The position numbers were made by a program, and so were the translations under genes. Of a stretch of DNA of 64,000 nt, positions 38,761 through 51,790 are shown one piece after another; within the stretch, counting starts at the first letter, position 1; every line of letters starts with the position of its first letter. The stretch lies in NCBI GenBank assembly GCA_028534125.1, contig CM052817.1, positions 84,632,001 to 84,696,000 of the forward strand, read 5' to 3'. The DNA comes from Lama glama (lineage: Eukaryota). The notes under the pieces were generated by a model. That model worked only from the letters and a program-made list of their open reading frames with translations. It ran no database searches and was not told the DNA's origin.

Positions 38761-39770
38761 GTAATAGGTATAACTTGAACAGCCACAAATCTGATTAGTG
38801 CAAAAAATGAAAGCATTTCATAACTGCACGGGCTCTCCCTGATTCTAAGTGTCTTTTTTTTTTTTTTTTTTTGGCTTAGCAGCAAAAATGTAATGAGTCT
38901 TCAAGTTATTCTTGTCTTTTCCAGTTTAAAACTCAGACTCCTTTTGGCAGTCAGATTCAAGAACTACAATCTCAGGTACTGTTCACAATTTGTTCTCCAA
39001 ATTTCTTTCCCTTCTCAAGAGTTTTTCCCTCTCTTGTCCTTCCTCTGATTCACAGACTTGCGTTCACCTGAGGTGTCAGGGAAGGAAGGGTGGGGAATCG
39101 GTGAAAGTTAAGAACAGAATGGGTGGTGAGTAGGATTTGCATCTCACCACAAGTTCCCCCTCTGTTGTTTCTTGTTTCTTGTTTGGTCCCTAGAACTGGG
39201 GATGCTCATTGCAGCCACAGCCCAGGTACAGTGAGGTAAGAGACATCTTCACTGATCTCCAGATAGAATGGCTCTTTTCTTTTCATTGTCTCTGGACAGC
39301 TTCTGCTGATTCTTGGCATTGATGGACCTGTTGGGATCTTAGGGCACATGATGGCATCTCAGGGTGTCTGCTGGGGTCCCTGTGAGGCTTCAAAAGTGTC
39401 ATGGATGTTACTTTCCTCTCTCACCTCAGATTTGCCCCCACTCCCTCAAGACTTATGCTATTTGGGGTCTTCAGCAGTTTTTTTGGGTGGAGGCTGGCAG
39501 GTTGACTGATGATTCCAATCAACTTCAGTAGCTTGCTCTAGGTCCACAAAAATCCACATCTTATTGTGCCCCTCGGCCATCTCTTGGGGTCAGTTTCTAA
39601 ATTCTCCAGCTTCATGGGGAAAATACTAGGGGTAGGGCCAGGATGAAAGAAGAAGGACGTGTGCTCACTATATAGTTTCCAAATGCTGATCCTCTCCCAT
39701 TCTTCATTTCCCCTCATTTTATTGCCTGTCTTGAAAAAACTAATACATCAGTTCTATCTCTTTGTGTTAC
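38760..39770. mobile_element. Possible ancient LTR-like element (family not determined)
   Basis: Starts with TGTAA abruptly after the L1 fragment and is GC-richer than its flanks. No TSD confirmed. Confidence 0.3.
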
Positions 39771-40129
39771 CAGAGCAAAGGGCAAAGTTGGACACAGAGG
39801 TAGGAATTTCTCTGAATTTGGCCATCTCAGTTGTCCCTAGTGAAGATGGATCAGCAGAAATGAAAAGAGAATCTGTCCATGTTTCAGTTTAGAGTGACAA
39901 AAGAAATACTTTTGTGATTTGTTTGGCATAATTTTAATTGTTGCAAATTGCTGCATGGTGTTCTCCTCTACGTATGTGCAGTCATTTATTTTACAAATTG
40001 TTCTTTTTCACTTGTTAAGTAACTCTCCGTATTTATATTATAAACAAAATAAATTATTTAATTGTTTTTAAAGTGCTAGAAATCATACCTCTCTCTATTT
40101 AAAAAAAATTATCTTCTCTCTAATTGTTC

Positions 40130-40440
40130 AAAAATTGTATACACTTAAAAAGTTCTCCCTTGTTTCTTTTCTCTGCTGATCAAAAAACTGGTTTTTGGTC
40201 TTCCTCTAATTTCCTTTCTTTATGGTCTCTGTTTTGGAAATCTCCTCTAGGCTTAATAGATTCAACTCTCACCTGTAGTCATTTGACTCCTGAATTTTTG
40301 TCTCCAGTCTTGGGCACTCTCCCTAAGAACCAGTCCCACATTTAAACTACTTGCAGATAATCTTTACCTAAGGGTCTTTCTGGGATCTTTAACTCAAGAT
40401 ATTAGGACTGAACTCATTGTCTGTGCTATTGTTTGATAAT
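40130..40440 (+). mobile_element. L2 fragment
   Basis: TTGACTCCTGAATTTTTGTCTCCAGTCT..CTCTCCCTAAGAACCAGTCCCACATTT..GACTGAACTCATTGTCT. Confidence 0.55.
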
Positions 40441-40864
40441 GACATTGTGCTAGCAACACGGCTTGGGGAAATGGTCGGTTATGTGACTAGACCTACCCAT
40501 TAAGGACAGGGCTGTGTGACCCAGGACATTTTAACATTGTGTTGATCTCACTGTTTTGGCCCAGTAAACTTTACTCTTCTCTATTTCATCAATACTAAAC
40601 AGTTAGTATACAGTGAACTAAATGATTAAAACGGTAAAGATCAGATTAGCAACTGAATAAGCCAATGCTGGAAAATGGAGCAACCATGGAGTTATCTGAG
40701 AGAAATGTAATAGTTAACAAGTCACCATTGACTCCTTAACATCTAAAATAATGCCTGGTGCATAAGAAATAATCAATATTTTTTACTTAATCAACAAATG
40801 AATGTACAATACTTAAAACTGACCATAGCTAAAAATGAACATATCTTTCTGACAAGTAAATAAT

Positions 40865-42990
40865 TATCTTAGTCCATTCAGGCTGCATCAACAAACATAC
40901 TATAAACTGGGTGGTTTATAAATAATAGAAACTTATTTCTCACAGTTCTGGAGGCTGTGAAGTCTAAGATCAAGGTGCCAGCATGGTCAGGTTCTGGTAA
41001 AGCCTTTCTTCCTGGTCGGCTCATAGCCAGTGCCTTCTTGCTGTGTTTTCACGTGGTGGAAGGGGTAATGGAGCTCTCTGGGGTCTCTTTTATAAAGACA
41101 ATAATCACCTCCCAAAAGCCCTATGTCCTAATACCATTATTTTGGGGGTTAGGATTTCAAAATTTGACTTTTGGGAGAATACAAACGTTCAGACCATAGC
41201 ATTCTGCCTCTGGCTTTCCCAAATTCATGTCTTTCTCACATGCAAAATACATTCATTTCATCCCAGTAGCCTCAAAACTTTTAACTCATTCCAGTATCAA
41301 CTCAGAAGCCAAAAGTCCAAAGTTTCCTCTAAATCAGATATGAGTGAGACTCAAGCCTGATTCATTCTGAGGCAAACTTTCTCTCCAATGGTGAGCCTGT
41401 GAAATCAAACAAGTTATGCACTTCTGAAATACAATGGTGGGACAGGCATAGGGTAAACATTCCCATTCCAAAAGAGACAAATAGGAAAGAAAAAGATGAC
41501 GGGTCTCAAGCAAGTCCAAAATCCAACAGTGCAAACAACATTAAATCTTAAGGCTTGAGAATAATTTTCTTTGCCTGGATGCTCTGCCACCAGGCCCAGT
41601 AGGGCAGGGATCCCACCTTCTGGACACACTGGGGTATCTCCACACCCAGGGCTTTGCTAAGCAAAGACCACGTGGCATCTCTCATAGATTGAAGTTTCAT
41701 GTGCGTGGCTCTCCCAGGATGGAGTCACACACTGGTGTCTCTACTGCTCTGAGGTTAGAAGGGGGCCCTGCCCCCATGGCTTTACCTGGCACTGCACTAG
41801 CAGAGACTTTCTCCAGTGGCCTTGCCCTTACCATCACAGCTCTCTGCCTGAGTCATGTGCTTACAGCTCTGGGTAGCTCCATCCTTTGAAATCTGGGTGG
41901 GAGGTAGCCGTATTCCCACAGCTCTGCTGGGCAGAGGTAGGGCTCCCTTGGCTGTGGGTGGTGTTTGGCCTGTTCAAACTCTGTCAATGGCCTCTTCCTT
42001 TTGAAACTGAGGAGGTAGCCCTGATAATTTCTGAACCCTTTTTGGGATCCTTCTTTCCTTGTCTTGAGGAATATTGCATGTTCATACCTGAACGGCTCTA
42101 TGGTCCCATCCTGTAAAATCTAAGAAGTCTGACAACCTTGCTTCTTTTCTTCCTATCTCCTTCTCCTTCTATTCAAATTGGCAGTTTTCCTGCTGGGATC
42201 CATAGTTCACACCCACACTAAGATCCTTATTAAAAGATTGTATGGTCACACCTTTAATGTTCTCTTCTGAACATGTCTCTCTCTCTCTCTCTCTCTCTCT
42301 TTTGAGATAGGAATAGGCTGTGAATTTTCTGTTAAGTTCTGGTTCTTTTCGGGTTAACAATTGTTATTAAGTTACTTCTCTCTTCTCTCATTTTACTATT
42401 AGCATTCGAGAGGTCAAGCTACACCTTTAACACTTTGCTTAGAAACAGTTTCAACCAAATACTCGATTTCATTGATCACAAGTTCTACCTGCCATAAAGC
42501 ACCTGGACACAAACATAATCAGCTAAGTTGTTTGCCACTTTATAACAAGGACTTTCCTCCAGTTCCTCATTTCTGAGATCTCATCAAAATGAACTTTACA
42601 GTCTATATTTCAACCAACATTCTGTTCATGACTACTTAGGTATTCTCTAAGAGACTGAGGCTTTCTCTGTAGCTCTCCTCTTCTTCTGAGCCCTCACCAG
42701 ATTCACTTTAATGGTTCGTTCATGGCAATGTTGGCTTTTTCTAGCATGTACATCAAAACTCTTCCAGCCCCTACCCGTTGCCCAGTTCCAAAGCTGTGTC
42801 CAAGTTTTAAGGTACTTTTTAGGGCAGCACCCAACTCCTTGTTACCAGTTTTCTGTGTTAGTCCATTTGGGTTGCTTTAACAGAAATACTATAAACTAGG
42901 TGGTTTATAAATAATAGAAATTTACTTCTCACAGTTCTGGAGACTAGGAAGTCCAAGGCCAGCATGGTTGGGTTTTGGTGAAGAGTCTTC
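40865..42990 (-). mobile_element. MLT1A/MLT1A0-type MaLR provirus: 3' LTR 40865-41201, internal 41202-42853, truncated 5' LTR 42854-~42990
   Basis: Two LTR copies share TTAGTCCATT..GGTGGTTTATAAATAATAGAAA.TTA.TTCTCACAGTTCTGGAG. On the minus strand, a purine tract GGAAAGCCAGAGGCAGAA abuts the LTR start TGCTATGG, and the internal region begins GAAAACTGGTAACAAGGAGTTGGGTGCTG. Confidence 0.9.
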
Positions 42991-42994
42991 ATGA

Positions 42995-43780
42995 TCATGG
43001 AAGAAAGAGAGTCTGAGATTGAATGTAGGATCATGTCCAAGAAGTGAGAGGCTAAGGCATTGGGAGGTTCATTTTACATGTATATTAAAATCACAAGATT
43101 TACAGACATATGCAGTTGAGGATGACAGGAGCAAAATTCTTGAAGGGAGGAGGGGAGTGACTGCAACCAGTTGAGATTCAGATATATTCTGATTATGGGA
43201 TCCAGAGTTGGCCATTTCAAAAGTGGAAGAGGATGGATGGTTTGAAAGCAGAATGAGGAGCATGAGAGACATCTACTCCATCTCCAGTATTACTAGGGAG
43301 AATAACAGTCACTACTTGAGAGGGCTGCAGGACAGGTAGTATTCTCAAGGGAGATCCACGTTCCCTTTTGATGGAGAAAGTGAGAGGAATTTTGAGAGAA
43401 AAGAATACAGGAGATTTGACAATGACTAACTGTGAACTCCAGAGGACACAATGAAAAGGTTCAGGACTTGGGTGGATAGGGACAGAAAAAGGACTGTGAT
43501 GGCCCATGGAGGGATTAGCATGCAGAGATGCATAAAGTGGGGGAAGGACACCAAAAAGCTCTCAGGATGCGGCATGGCTGTTTGTGAAGCCGTACAGACT
43601 AGGAAGGGTGGAAGAGCTGTCCAGTTCTGAGATATTTTCTCAGTCTCCACTGTTGAAGCTGTGATGGTAGGTGAGGTGCAAAACTGCTATGATCAGATGG
43701 GTCTCAGAGGCTTTCTTGTGATTTCTGCTGGAAGAGATGGCAGGTGTGGAGTCTAGGAGAGAGGACTGTACTGGATTTTA
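42995..43780 (-). mobile_element. L2 5'-proximal remnant containing the APE endonuclease region
   Basis: The minus-strand ORF 43069-43272 ends ..CDFNIHVK (GDFNIH motif), followed by PPNALASHFLD-like codons typical of L2 ORF2. Confidence 0.7.
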
Positions 43781-44049
43781 TGAAAAACCCCTCATGATTA
43801 GGCAAAATTCATGTTTTTATAAAACATTTTTATGATTTTAAAACATCATAGTGATAATAAAAGTGACCTTTTGTCTCTTCAAGGACCTCTCCAATGGGCT
43901 ATAAGAGAAGTAATATTACTGCTTGAATTCAACTATTTTAAGAAGACTATTTCACTGGTTCCAATAACAAAATGAAATATAGTATCTGTAATGAACATTG
44001 GTTGAGGGTAATGGTAATTTACACTGAGAATTATGTAAGAACAAAGTTT

Positions 44050-44250
44050 ACGGTTCCTGTGTCTTTGTAACATTTTAGTTATTTTACCACCATGGGTTGG
44101 CACACTGTTTAAGGAGATATTATTGTCTTCATTTGATAGATGAAGAGTCTGTGGTTCAGAGAACTTAAATAAGTAGAGCCAGGATTTAAACCTAACTTTG
44201 TTTTGGGCCCTTGCACTCGGGCATGTGCTCATGCTTGTACAGTGTTTTCA
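44050..44250 (-). mobile_element. MIR fragment
   Basis: TATTATTGTCTTCATTTGATAGATGAAGAGTCTGTGGTTCAGAGAACTTAAAT..AGAGCCAGGATTTAAACC. Confidence 0.6.
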
Positions 44251-44519
44251 TATAAACTATCTTATTTGCATAGATAAAGGTTTAGTTTAGTTTTACTGAT
44301 GCTCCTCCAAGCTCTCTACAATATAAGAGTTGATTTCAGTCAACAATTCAGTTGCTCTGGATTTATGTTACAGTTATATCTTACTGATCCTCATAATCCA
44401 CATGTCCTTGTTATTTTCCTGCAAATGAGTAGGTTAAAGGAACATAAACTGCTGTCCACTGGAAATCTTGTGGTTTTTCTAGGAAAACAAACTGCCACAA
44501 AAACCTGATAAAAAAGAAC

Positions 44520-46300
44520 TTAAGGAATGAAGTAAATAAACTTTTTTGGATTTTAGCATGATTTTTCTTGTCTCCCTTGATTTTTTGGATGAAACATTTT
44601 CATGTTTGATATATGCAAAAGAATACATGTAACATGCATATAAATTATGTAAGCAAATTAACAAAAGAATACCAGCCTACTCCCCCAACACTCAGCTGCA
44701 TACTGCTGAAGCTCTCTGACACCTCCTCCCAAGCCCCTCTTTCTGTCTTCCACACAGAGGAAAACTTCTGTGTTGGTGTCTATGATTTCCTTGCTTTAAA
44801 TATGATACATCCCTAGAAAATATATTATTTCTTCATGTCTTTGAACTTTACAAAAATGGTATTATATAGTATCTGGTTTTGTGCATCTAGTGTTCCTACA
44901 TTATCTTTTTTAAACTTGTCTATGTTTCTTCCTTTTGACAGTTTGTTTCAAACTATATTATGTAGTGTATAGTACATAAGCATATATATGTTAACATAAT
45001 GTTGAATGAAATGGTAATAGTGGATAATATGCCTCATACTTTATTTATTTACTTATGTTTTGATCTTGTTTATTTCATTTCATTATTTTCTCCAGCTTTA
45101 TGGAAGTATAATTGACAAAACTGTATATATTTAAAGTGTGCAACTTGATGATTTGATATACGTATACATTGTAAAATGATTAATCTTTGTACTTACATTA
45201 AAGAGAAATATTTCTGATGTTTCTCCATTTAGATTGATTTTTACTCAAGTTCTTCTTAATTGAAACAAGTTCCATTTTATTCCAAGTTTCCAGGAATATA
45301 TATATATATATTTTTCTTTTTACATTTTTTTATTGAGTTATAGTCATTTTACAATGTTGTGTCAAATTCCAGTGTAGAGCACAATTTTTCAGTTATACAT
45401 GAACATACATATATTCATTGTCACATTTTTTTTTTTTTGCTGTGAGCTACCACAAGATCTTGTATATATTTCCCTGTGCTATACAGTATAATCTTGTTTA
45501 TCTATTCTGCATATGCCTGCCAGTATCTACAAGTTTTGAAGTCCCAGTGGACTGGGATTCCAGTAGTATATTTTTTAAAAATTATGAACAGGTTTGAATT
45601 TTATCAAATCATTTTCTATATCTCTTGAAATAACAATATGATTTTATCTTTAAATAAGTAAATGTAGTATTTTACATTTATAGATTTTCTAATGCTAAAC
45701 TTTCTTTCCATTCCTGGAAAAAAAAACTATTTTGGTCTTGACTTATTATTTTTCAAATATTATGGTATTCAGTTTCCCAGTATTCTGTTTAGTGATTTTT
45801 TTAGTCTATTTATTTGTGAGGTTGAGCTAAAATTTTCTTTCTGCCTTTATCTAGTTTTGGTACTAGAGTTATACCAACCTTACAAATTAGTTACCTAAGT
45901 GTTACCTTTTTTGCTATTCTCTGGAAGAGTTCATAAAATTTTAGAATAATTTGTTCCTTGAAAATCCAATAAAATTCATTGGTTGTACTATCTGGGACTG
46001 CCAGTTTATTTGTATGAAAATTTAACTCCTGATTCAGTGTCTTTATAATTGTGGAACTGTTAAGGCTTTTTTTCTTGAGTCACTTTTTGGTAAGTTATAT
46101 TTTCTTGGAATTTAGTCATTATTTTTTCAAATTTATTGGTATAAATTTTTTATTGTGCTGTCTCTTTCATTTCTATCATGTCTGTGGTAAATCCTCCTTT
46201 TCGTTTCTAATATTGTTTATTTGTGTCTCTTTTTATCAGTTGTGTCGCTGAAGTTTGTTTATTTTAATAGTCTTTAAATGATCAACTTCCTATGTTGAAA
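44520..46300 (-). mobile_element. Old L1 fragments (3' UTR and ORF2), host to younger inserts
   Basis: CTTTGAACTTTACAAAAATGGTATTATA, GTTTGAATTTTATCAAAT, TATTCTCTGGAAGAGTT antisense L1 motifs. Confidence 0.7.
45301..45557 (-). mobile_element. Young lineage-specific L1 3' end (~250 bp)
   Basis: TTTTATTGAGTTATAGTCATTTTACAATGTTGTGTCAAATTCCAGTGTAGAGCACAATTTTTCAG. Probable TSD TTCCAG.A.TATA at 45288-45300 and 45558-45570. Confidence 0.9.
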
Positions 46301-46479
46301 CAAACTGAACTTTGAAAAAAGTGGCAAAAATGGTACAGAGAACATTTGCCTCATTATTTATTACTGCCCTCTTCCACCTCACACATACACATACATACAA
46401 TTAATTTTTTTCTGAACCACTTGAAGAAAGGCTGCATGTATCATGACAATTTAATTTTTTTAAATGGTATATGATATAG

Positions 46480-47478
46480 TCTTTATTTTATTTTATTTTC
46501 TACTGAGGTATAGCCAGTTTACAATGTAGTGTCAACTTCTGGTGTACAGCATCATGTTTCAGTCATACATACAAATATATATATTCCTTTTCATATTCTT
46601 TTTCATTATAGGTTACTACAAGATATTGAATATAGTTGCCTGTGCTATACAGTATAAACTTGTTGTTTATCTGTTTTATACATAGTAGTTAGTATCTCAA
46701 ATCTCAAACTCCCATTTTATCCCTTCCCACCCTCTTTTCCCTCTTGTAACTATGAGTTTGTTTTCTATGTCTGTAAGTTTGTTTCTGTTTTGTAAATAAG
46801 TTCATTTGTCTTTTTTTTTTTTTTTTTTTAGATTCCACATATAAGTGAAATCATGGTATTTTTCTTTCTCTTTCTGGCTTATTTCATTCAGAATGACAAT
46901 CTCCAGATCCATTGACATTGCTGCAAATGGCATTATTTTATTCTTTTTTTATGGCTGAGTATTGTTCCATTGTATACATATACCACAGCTTCTTTATCCA
47001 GTCATCTGTCGATGGACATTTAGGTTGCTTACCTAAATGTTTTGGCTATTGTATATAGTGCTGCTTTGAACACTGGGGTGCATGTATCTTTTCAAATTAG
47101 ACTTCTCTCTGGATTTATGCCCAGGAGTGGGATTACTGGATCATATGGTAATTCTATTTTTAGTTTTTTGAGGAATCTCCATACTGTTTTCCATAATTCT
47201 GCACTAAACTACCCACCAACAGTGTAGGAGGGTTCCCTTTTCGACACACCCTCTCCAGCATTTATTGTTTGTGGACTTTTTAATGATGGCTATTCTGATT
47301 AGTGTGAGGTGATACCTCATTGTAGTTTTGATTTGCACTTCTCTGATAATTAGTGATATTGAGCATTTTTTCATGTGGCTATTGGCCATTGGTATGTCTT
47401 CACTGGAGAATTGCTTGTTTAGGTCTTCTGCTCATTTTTGGCTTGGGTTATTTTTGTTGTTGTTGTAGTTGTTGTTAA
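46480..47478 (-). mobile_element. L1 3' end (~1 kb), intermediate age, inserted in an L1MC-like 3' UTR (~46300-47620)
   Basis: Minus-strand ORF 47204-47389 ([24 protein letters not shown]...[18 protein letters not shown]) is the L1 ORF2 cysteine-rich domain. Confidence 0.9.
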
Positions 47479-47704
47479 ATCTATTTAACTCAATATATTA
47501 GCATGACTTTCCTAGGAACAGGAATATTCTCTTCCATGATGACAGTATGGTTAACCATTTCAGGAGATCTGTTATAATACTTTGTTTTACTCTATAGTCC
47601 AAATTCCATCTGTAGAACTTTTAAATTTGGCTATGGTATTTTTTTATATAATAATTTCTATTTCATTCTTTTAATAAAACTGTTTGGTCATTGTTAATTA
47701 TTCA

Positions 47705-49070
47705 TTTTTAAAAACAGCTGTATTGAGGTATGATTTACATAATATAAAATTCACCCACTATGAATATACAGTTTGATGATTTTTAGGAAATGTATCCTGT
47801 TGTACAATGATCACCACAGTCTAGTTTTAGAACATATCCATCAACTCAAAAAGTTCCTCCATGTGCATCTGGAGTCAGTCCCCACTCCCACACCTAGCTT
47901 CAGGCAACCACTGTCCTACTTTGTCTCTATAGTTTTGCCTTTCCTAGAAATTTCTTGAAAGTAAAATCATACAATGTATAGTCTTTTGTATCTGGCTTCT
48001 TTAATGTAACTTGATGACTTTGAAATTTATCTTGTTGCATATATCAGTAACTTGCTCTTTTTATTGCTGAATAATAGTCCATTGCTTGGATATGCCATAT
48101 TTTTCATCAGCTGATGGACACATTGGTCGCTCCCAGTTTTTGAGTATTATCAATAATGCTTCTATGAATAGTTATGTGCAAGCCTTTGTATGGGTACATG
48201 TTTTCATTTCTCTTTGGTAGATAGCTAGATGTGGAATTCCTAGCTTACATAGTAAGTTTATGTTTAGCTTTATAAGAAATTGCTAAACAGTAGTCCAAAG
48301 TATTGTATTATTTTACATTCCCATTGTCAATATAAGTGTTTCAGTTGGTTTGCATCCTTGCCAATATTTGGTATTGTCAGTCTTTTAATTTTAGCTATTC
48401 TGGTGGATATGCAGTCATATCCTATTGTGGTTTAAATATGCATTTCCTTTAGGACTGATTATACTGAGTATCTTTTCATGTTCTTGGTCATTATTCATAT
48501 ATTTTCTTTTGTGAAGTGTTTTTTAATTCTTTTTTTTCCCATTCTTAAAAATTGGATTGTTTGCCTTTTTATTATTGAGTAATGAGAATTCTTTTTACCT
48601 TCCATATATAAGTTTATTGTATCAGATATATGATATGCATATATTGTCTCATGGAAGTTTTTTCTTTTTCTTAATAGTTTCTTTTGAAGAGCAAAAACTT
48701 TTAATTTTGATAAAACCTAATTTATCAAAATTTTTTATCTAGATAATTCTTTTAATATCATATCTAAGAAATCTTTGTCTAAACCAAGGGAAAAATTATT
48801 CTAGAAACTTCTAGGAGGTTTATAATTTTAGCTCTTACATGTAGGTGTTTAATCATTTTTGAGTTAATATTTGTATGAGGTATGAACTAAGAGTTTAAAT
48901 TCTTTTTTTATGTGCATATTAAATTATTCCAGCACCATTTGTTGAATAGTTTACTCTTTTTATCACTTGATACCGTTGTTGAAAATCAGCAGACCAAAAA
49001 TGTGAGGCTTATTTCTGGGTTGTCTTTTCTATTACATTGACCTGTATTCTTATACTTATTTTGATTACTT
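47705..49070 (-). mobile_element. L1MB/L1ME1-like 3' region
   Basis: CAGCTGTATTGAGGTATGATTTACATAATATAAAATTCACC..TTTTAGAACATATCCATC..CAGGCAACCACTG..TTCCAGCACCATTTGTTGAA. Confidence 0.85.
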
Positions 49071-49352
49071 ACTCACTTTTTTATTCCATCTTTTATATCT
49101 TTACATAGTTTATATCAGTTATCAGATATTCCAATATCTGAGGTCCTTTTGTATCCAGGAAAATTTTTTGTTTTTTCTACTAACTGTAAATCACAGTAGT
49201 TGTTACCTTGTGGATTTAGAGGCATGTGTGAACTCATATTTGAATGAACTTCACCTGTGGAAATCCTGAGGGTCTTGGTCAGAGGTTCCTTCATCCCTAG
49301 AAGATTTGTGTTTGCTTCTGGCAGAGCTAGGGCTGTGGTATCAACCAGAGAC

Positions 49353-49505
49353 CAGGGCAGGGACCAGGGTGAGACAAGTGAGGCTCTCTAGGACACATAA
49401 TTTAAGGAGGCACTCATTCTCAGCACTCACTCTTAGTCATGCAGGTGTGCCTTCCTAAAGTTGCACCCTAGGTGCTTCTCTTGCCTCCCTCTAGTCCCAG
49501 CCCTG
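49353..49505. mobile_element. MER96-like hAT MITE with a perfect 8-bp TSD
   Basis: Imperfect ~26-bp TIRs (CAGGGCAGGGACCAGGGTGAGACAAG / CTTGCCTCCCTCTAGTCCCAGCCCTG). TSD CCAGAGAC at 49345-49352 and 49506-49513. Confidence 0.85.
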
Positions 49506-50639
49506 CCAGAGACTGCTTTAATACATTTTGAAGTTCCTCATTTATTGTGGGTGTCAGGTTATCTTGCTTCTCCTGCCGATGGCCCCAAGACTCAGAGTCC
49601 TGAGACTTCCTTAATCCCCTTCCAGGTTGTTTACTCAATGCAGGAGTTTCAAGGTCAGTTCCCCTCTCAAGCAAGGGACCCCAAAGTTCAGTTTCCTAAT
49701 GTTAGTGACTTGTAACTATTTATAATCTTGGACAACTTGGCTTTCAGATTGCTTATAACTCACCATTTCCATTCAGCCTGATGTTCTTTTTCTGTTGTTA
49801 GATTTTATTTTTATCATAAACCACCAGTGCATTGAAAAATATGTTTTTTACCAGGATTCAATTTTATTATAGTGTCAGAAGCTCTCAAAACATGTAGCCT
49901 GTGGTATGTTTGAAACAGTGATATGTAATTTCTTTAAAGGCCATAATTTTCATGTTTCCTTTAACTAGAAAAATATACCTTAACATTTTAAAAGCAGATT
50001 TTTTTCAAATTGATTAGTAGGTGAAAAATATAGACAATAGGCTGAGTAGTAATTATTTGCCAAATTATTGGTTTAACCTTAAATAGTAGAATAATTTTTA
50101 TTTTGACTCCTTCATCAATCCTTAAAACAGTACTGTTAAATACACGGTGATTTTCTCTCTTGACTGTGATTAAGCCCCTGCTAAGCAGGTGACTGTGACC
50201 AAGCCTAGAGAATGCTGATTTGGTTTCTTAAGATACTTTGCTTACAAGCATGGTTTCTGGATGTGGTATATGGTCTGAAGCCTGAGAATATTGAAATATG
50301 AAGCCTTACAAGGTGGAACAGAGTCACAATTTCACGCTAAACCTATGGTGAATAAATACTCTAATTATTAAACGTTCTACTTCAGTGATAATAGGAATGA
50401 AAAACAGTTGATTTAATTAAGAACTAAAGTATCTTTGTTGGACTATCTACACACTTGTTAGAGAATAACAGGAGGAAGAAACTTATAATGATCTTCTATC
50501 ATTTAGAGCGTAAAAGCAGAATCAATTGGCTTGAGTTTTAGTTTTGCCTAATAATAATGTAGGTTTTCCCTGGGCTCGGGTCCTTCCCCATATAAAGAGG
50601 CATTGGCCCAGAAGGGCTCTAAGGTGACCAGCTGGGGAT

Positions 50640-50900
50640 ACTATGTACAGTCTGTATTCACAGCTAGAGATAGACAGGCCTGGCTAGAGTCAAAGTTTGA
50701 CCATTACTAGTTAGGTGAGCTTGGATTAGTTACCTAGACGTGGCTGGTCTTAGCTTTGATGTAAGAAAATGGAGACAGCAACAGTTTTCCCTCATCAGGT
50801 TGTTTCTAGGGTTAAGTAAAATATTGCATGAAAAACGCTTAGCAGAGTGGTTGATATAGAGTAAATGCTACTGAATACATATAGTTATTATCGTTGTTGT
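50640..50900 (+). mobile_element. MIR SINE
   Basis: CCATTACTAGTTAGGTGAGCTTGGATTAGTTAC..GTAAGAAAATGGAGAC..GCATGAAAAACGCTTAGCAGAGTG. Confidence 0.7.
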
Positions 50901-50963
50901 TCTCTGCCTGGCTCGGGAATTTATGCCAAATCACTCATAGGCTTAGATCTTCATGCCTCTTTT

Positions 50964-51027
50964 TTTTTTTAACATTTTTTATTGAGTTATAGTCAGTTTA
51001 CAATGTTGTGTCAATTTCCAGTGTAGA
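50964..51027 (-). mobile_element. 64-bp young L1 3' tip with a perfect 15-bp TSD
   Basis: Insert matches the tail of the L1 at 45320-45378. TSD CTTCATGCCTCTTTT at 50949-50963 and 51028-51042. Confidence 0.92.
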
Positions 51028-51687
51028 CTTCATGCCTCTTTTGATGTCGTGCTAGGTATCTTATAATTGAATGAGAGAAATAAGATACTTTATAAAAATT
51101 TTTTTGGAGTAGCTGAAATTTGAATATTTTACTAATGATGTTATGTTGCAACTTCCATGCTAAGGATTAATTTCCACAATTTAATTACCTTCCGTTAGAA
51201 CTAAGCCAATCAAATTATCATAATTCAGAAGGAAAACTTAAACATTTTGGTCAGCATTGTTTCCTTGAGTAGACACAGCCAGATGTTGGTTTTAAATGAT
51301 TGAGATAACTAACTCTATTTTAATCGTACTCTTCATTTTATTATTTAAATGAAAAATTAATGTACATCTCATGATACCGTGCTCCTCATTTGCTGAAGGC
51401 CTGTGACCAGTACATTGTGAGTGTAGGACTTTGGTGCACTTTCCAACACCACTCAGTACCGACCAAGTGGCATAGAGTGACGGATTTAGCTTGGTCACTT
51501 ATGTTCATTTCAGATCTCCATGAAATTTGATAGAAACATTTTAGAGAGTGTTCTGACAGGAAAATACGTGATGGAATACCAATTTTGTGATCGCTGGGAC
51601 TTGAGTAGAGAGTGATTTTCTCCTAAAGGGATAGGTAAATGCAAGAAAGATTTATATACAATTACATAAACAAAAATAAAAAATAAA

Positions 51688-51697
51688 TATCTGTCTG

Positions 51698-51762
<65 letters not shown>

Positions 51763-51790
51763 GTATCTATCTATCTATCATCTATCAATC
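51688..51790. repeat. (TCTA)n/(GATA)n tetranucleotide STR with TCTG and TGTA variants
   Basis: About 100 bp of TCTA units read directly. Confidence 0.95.
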
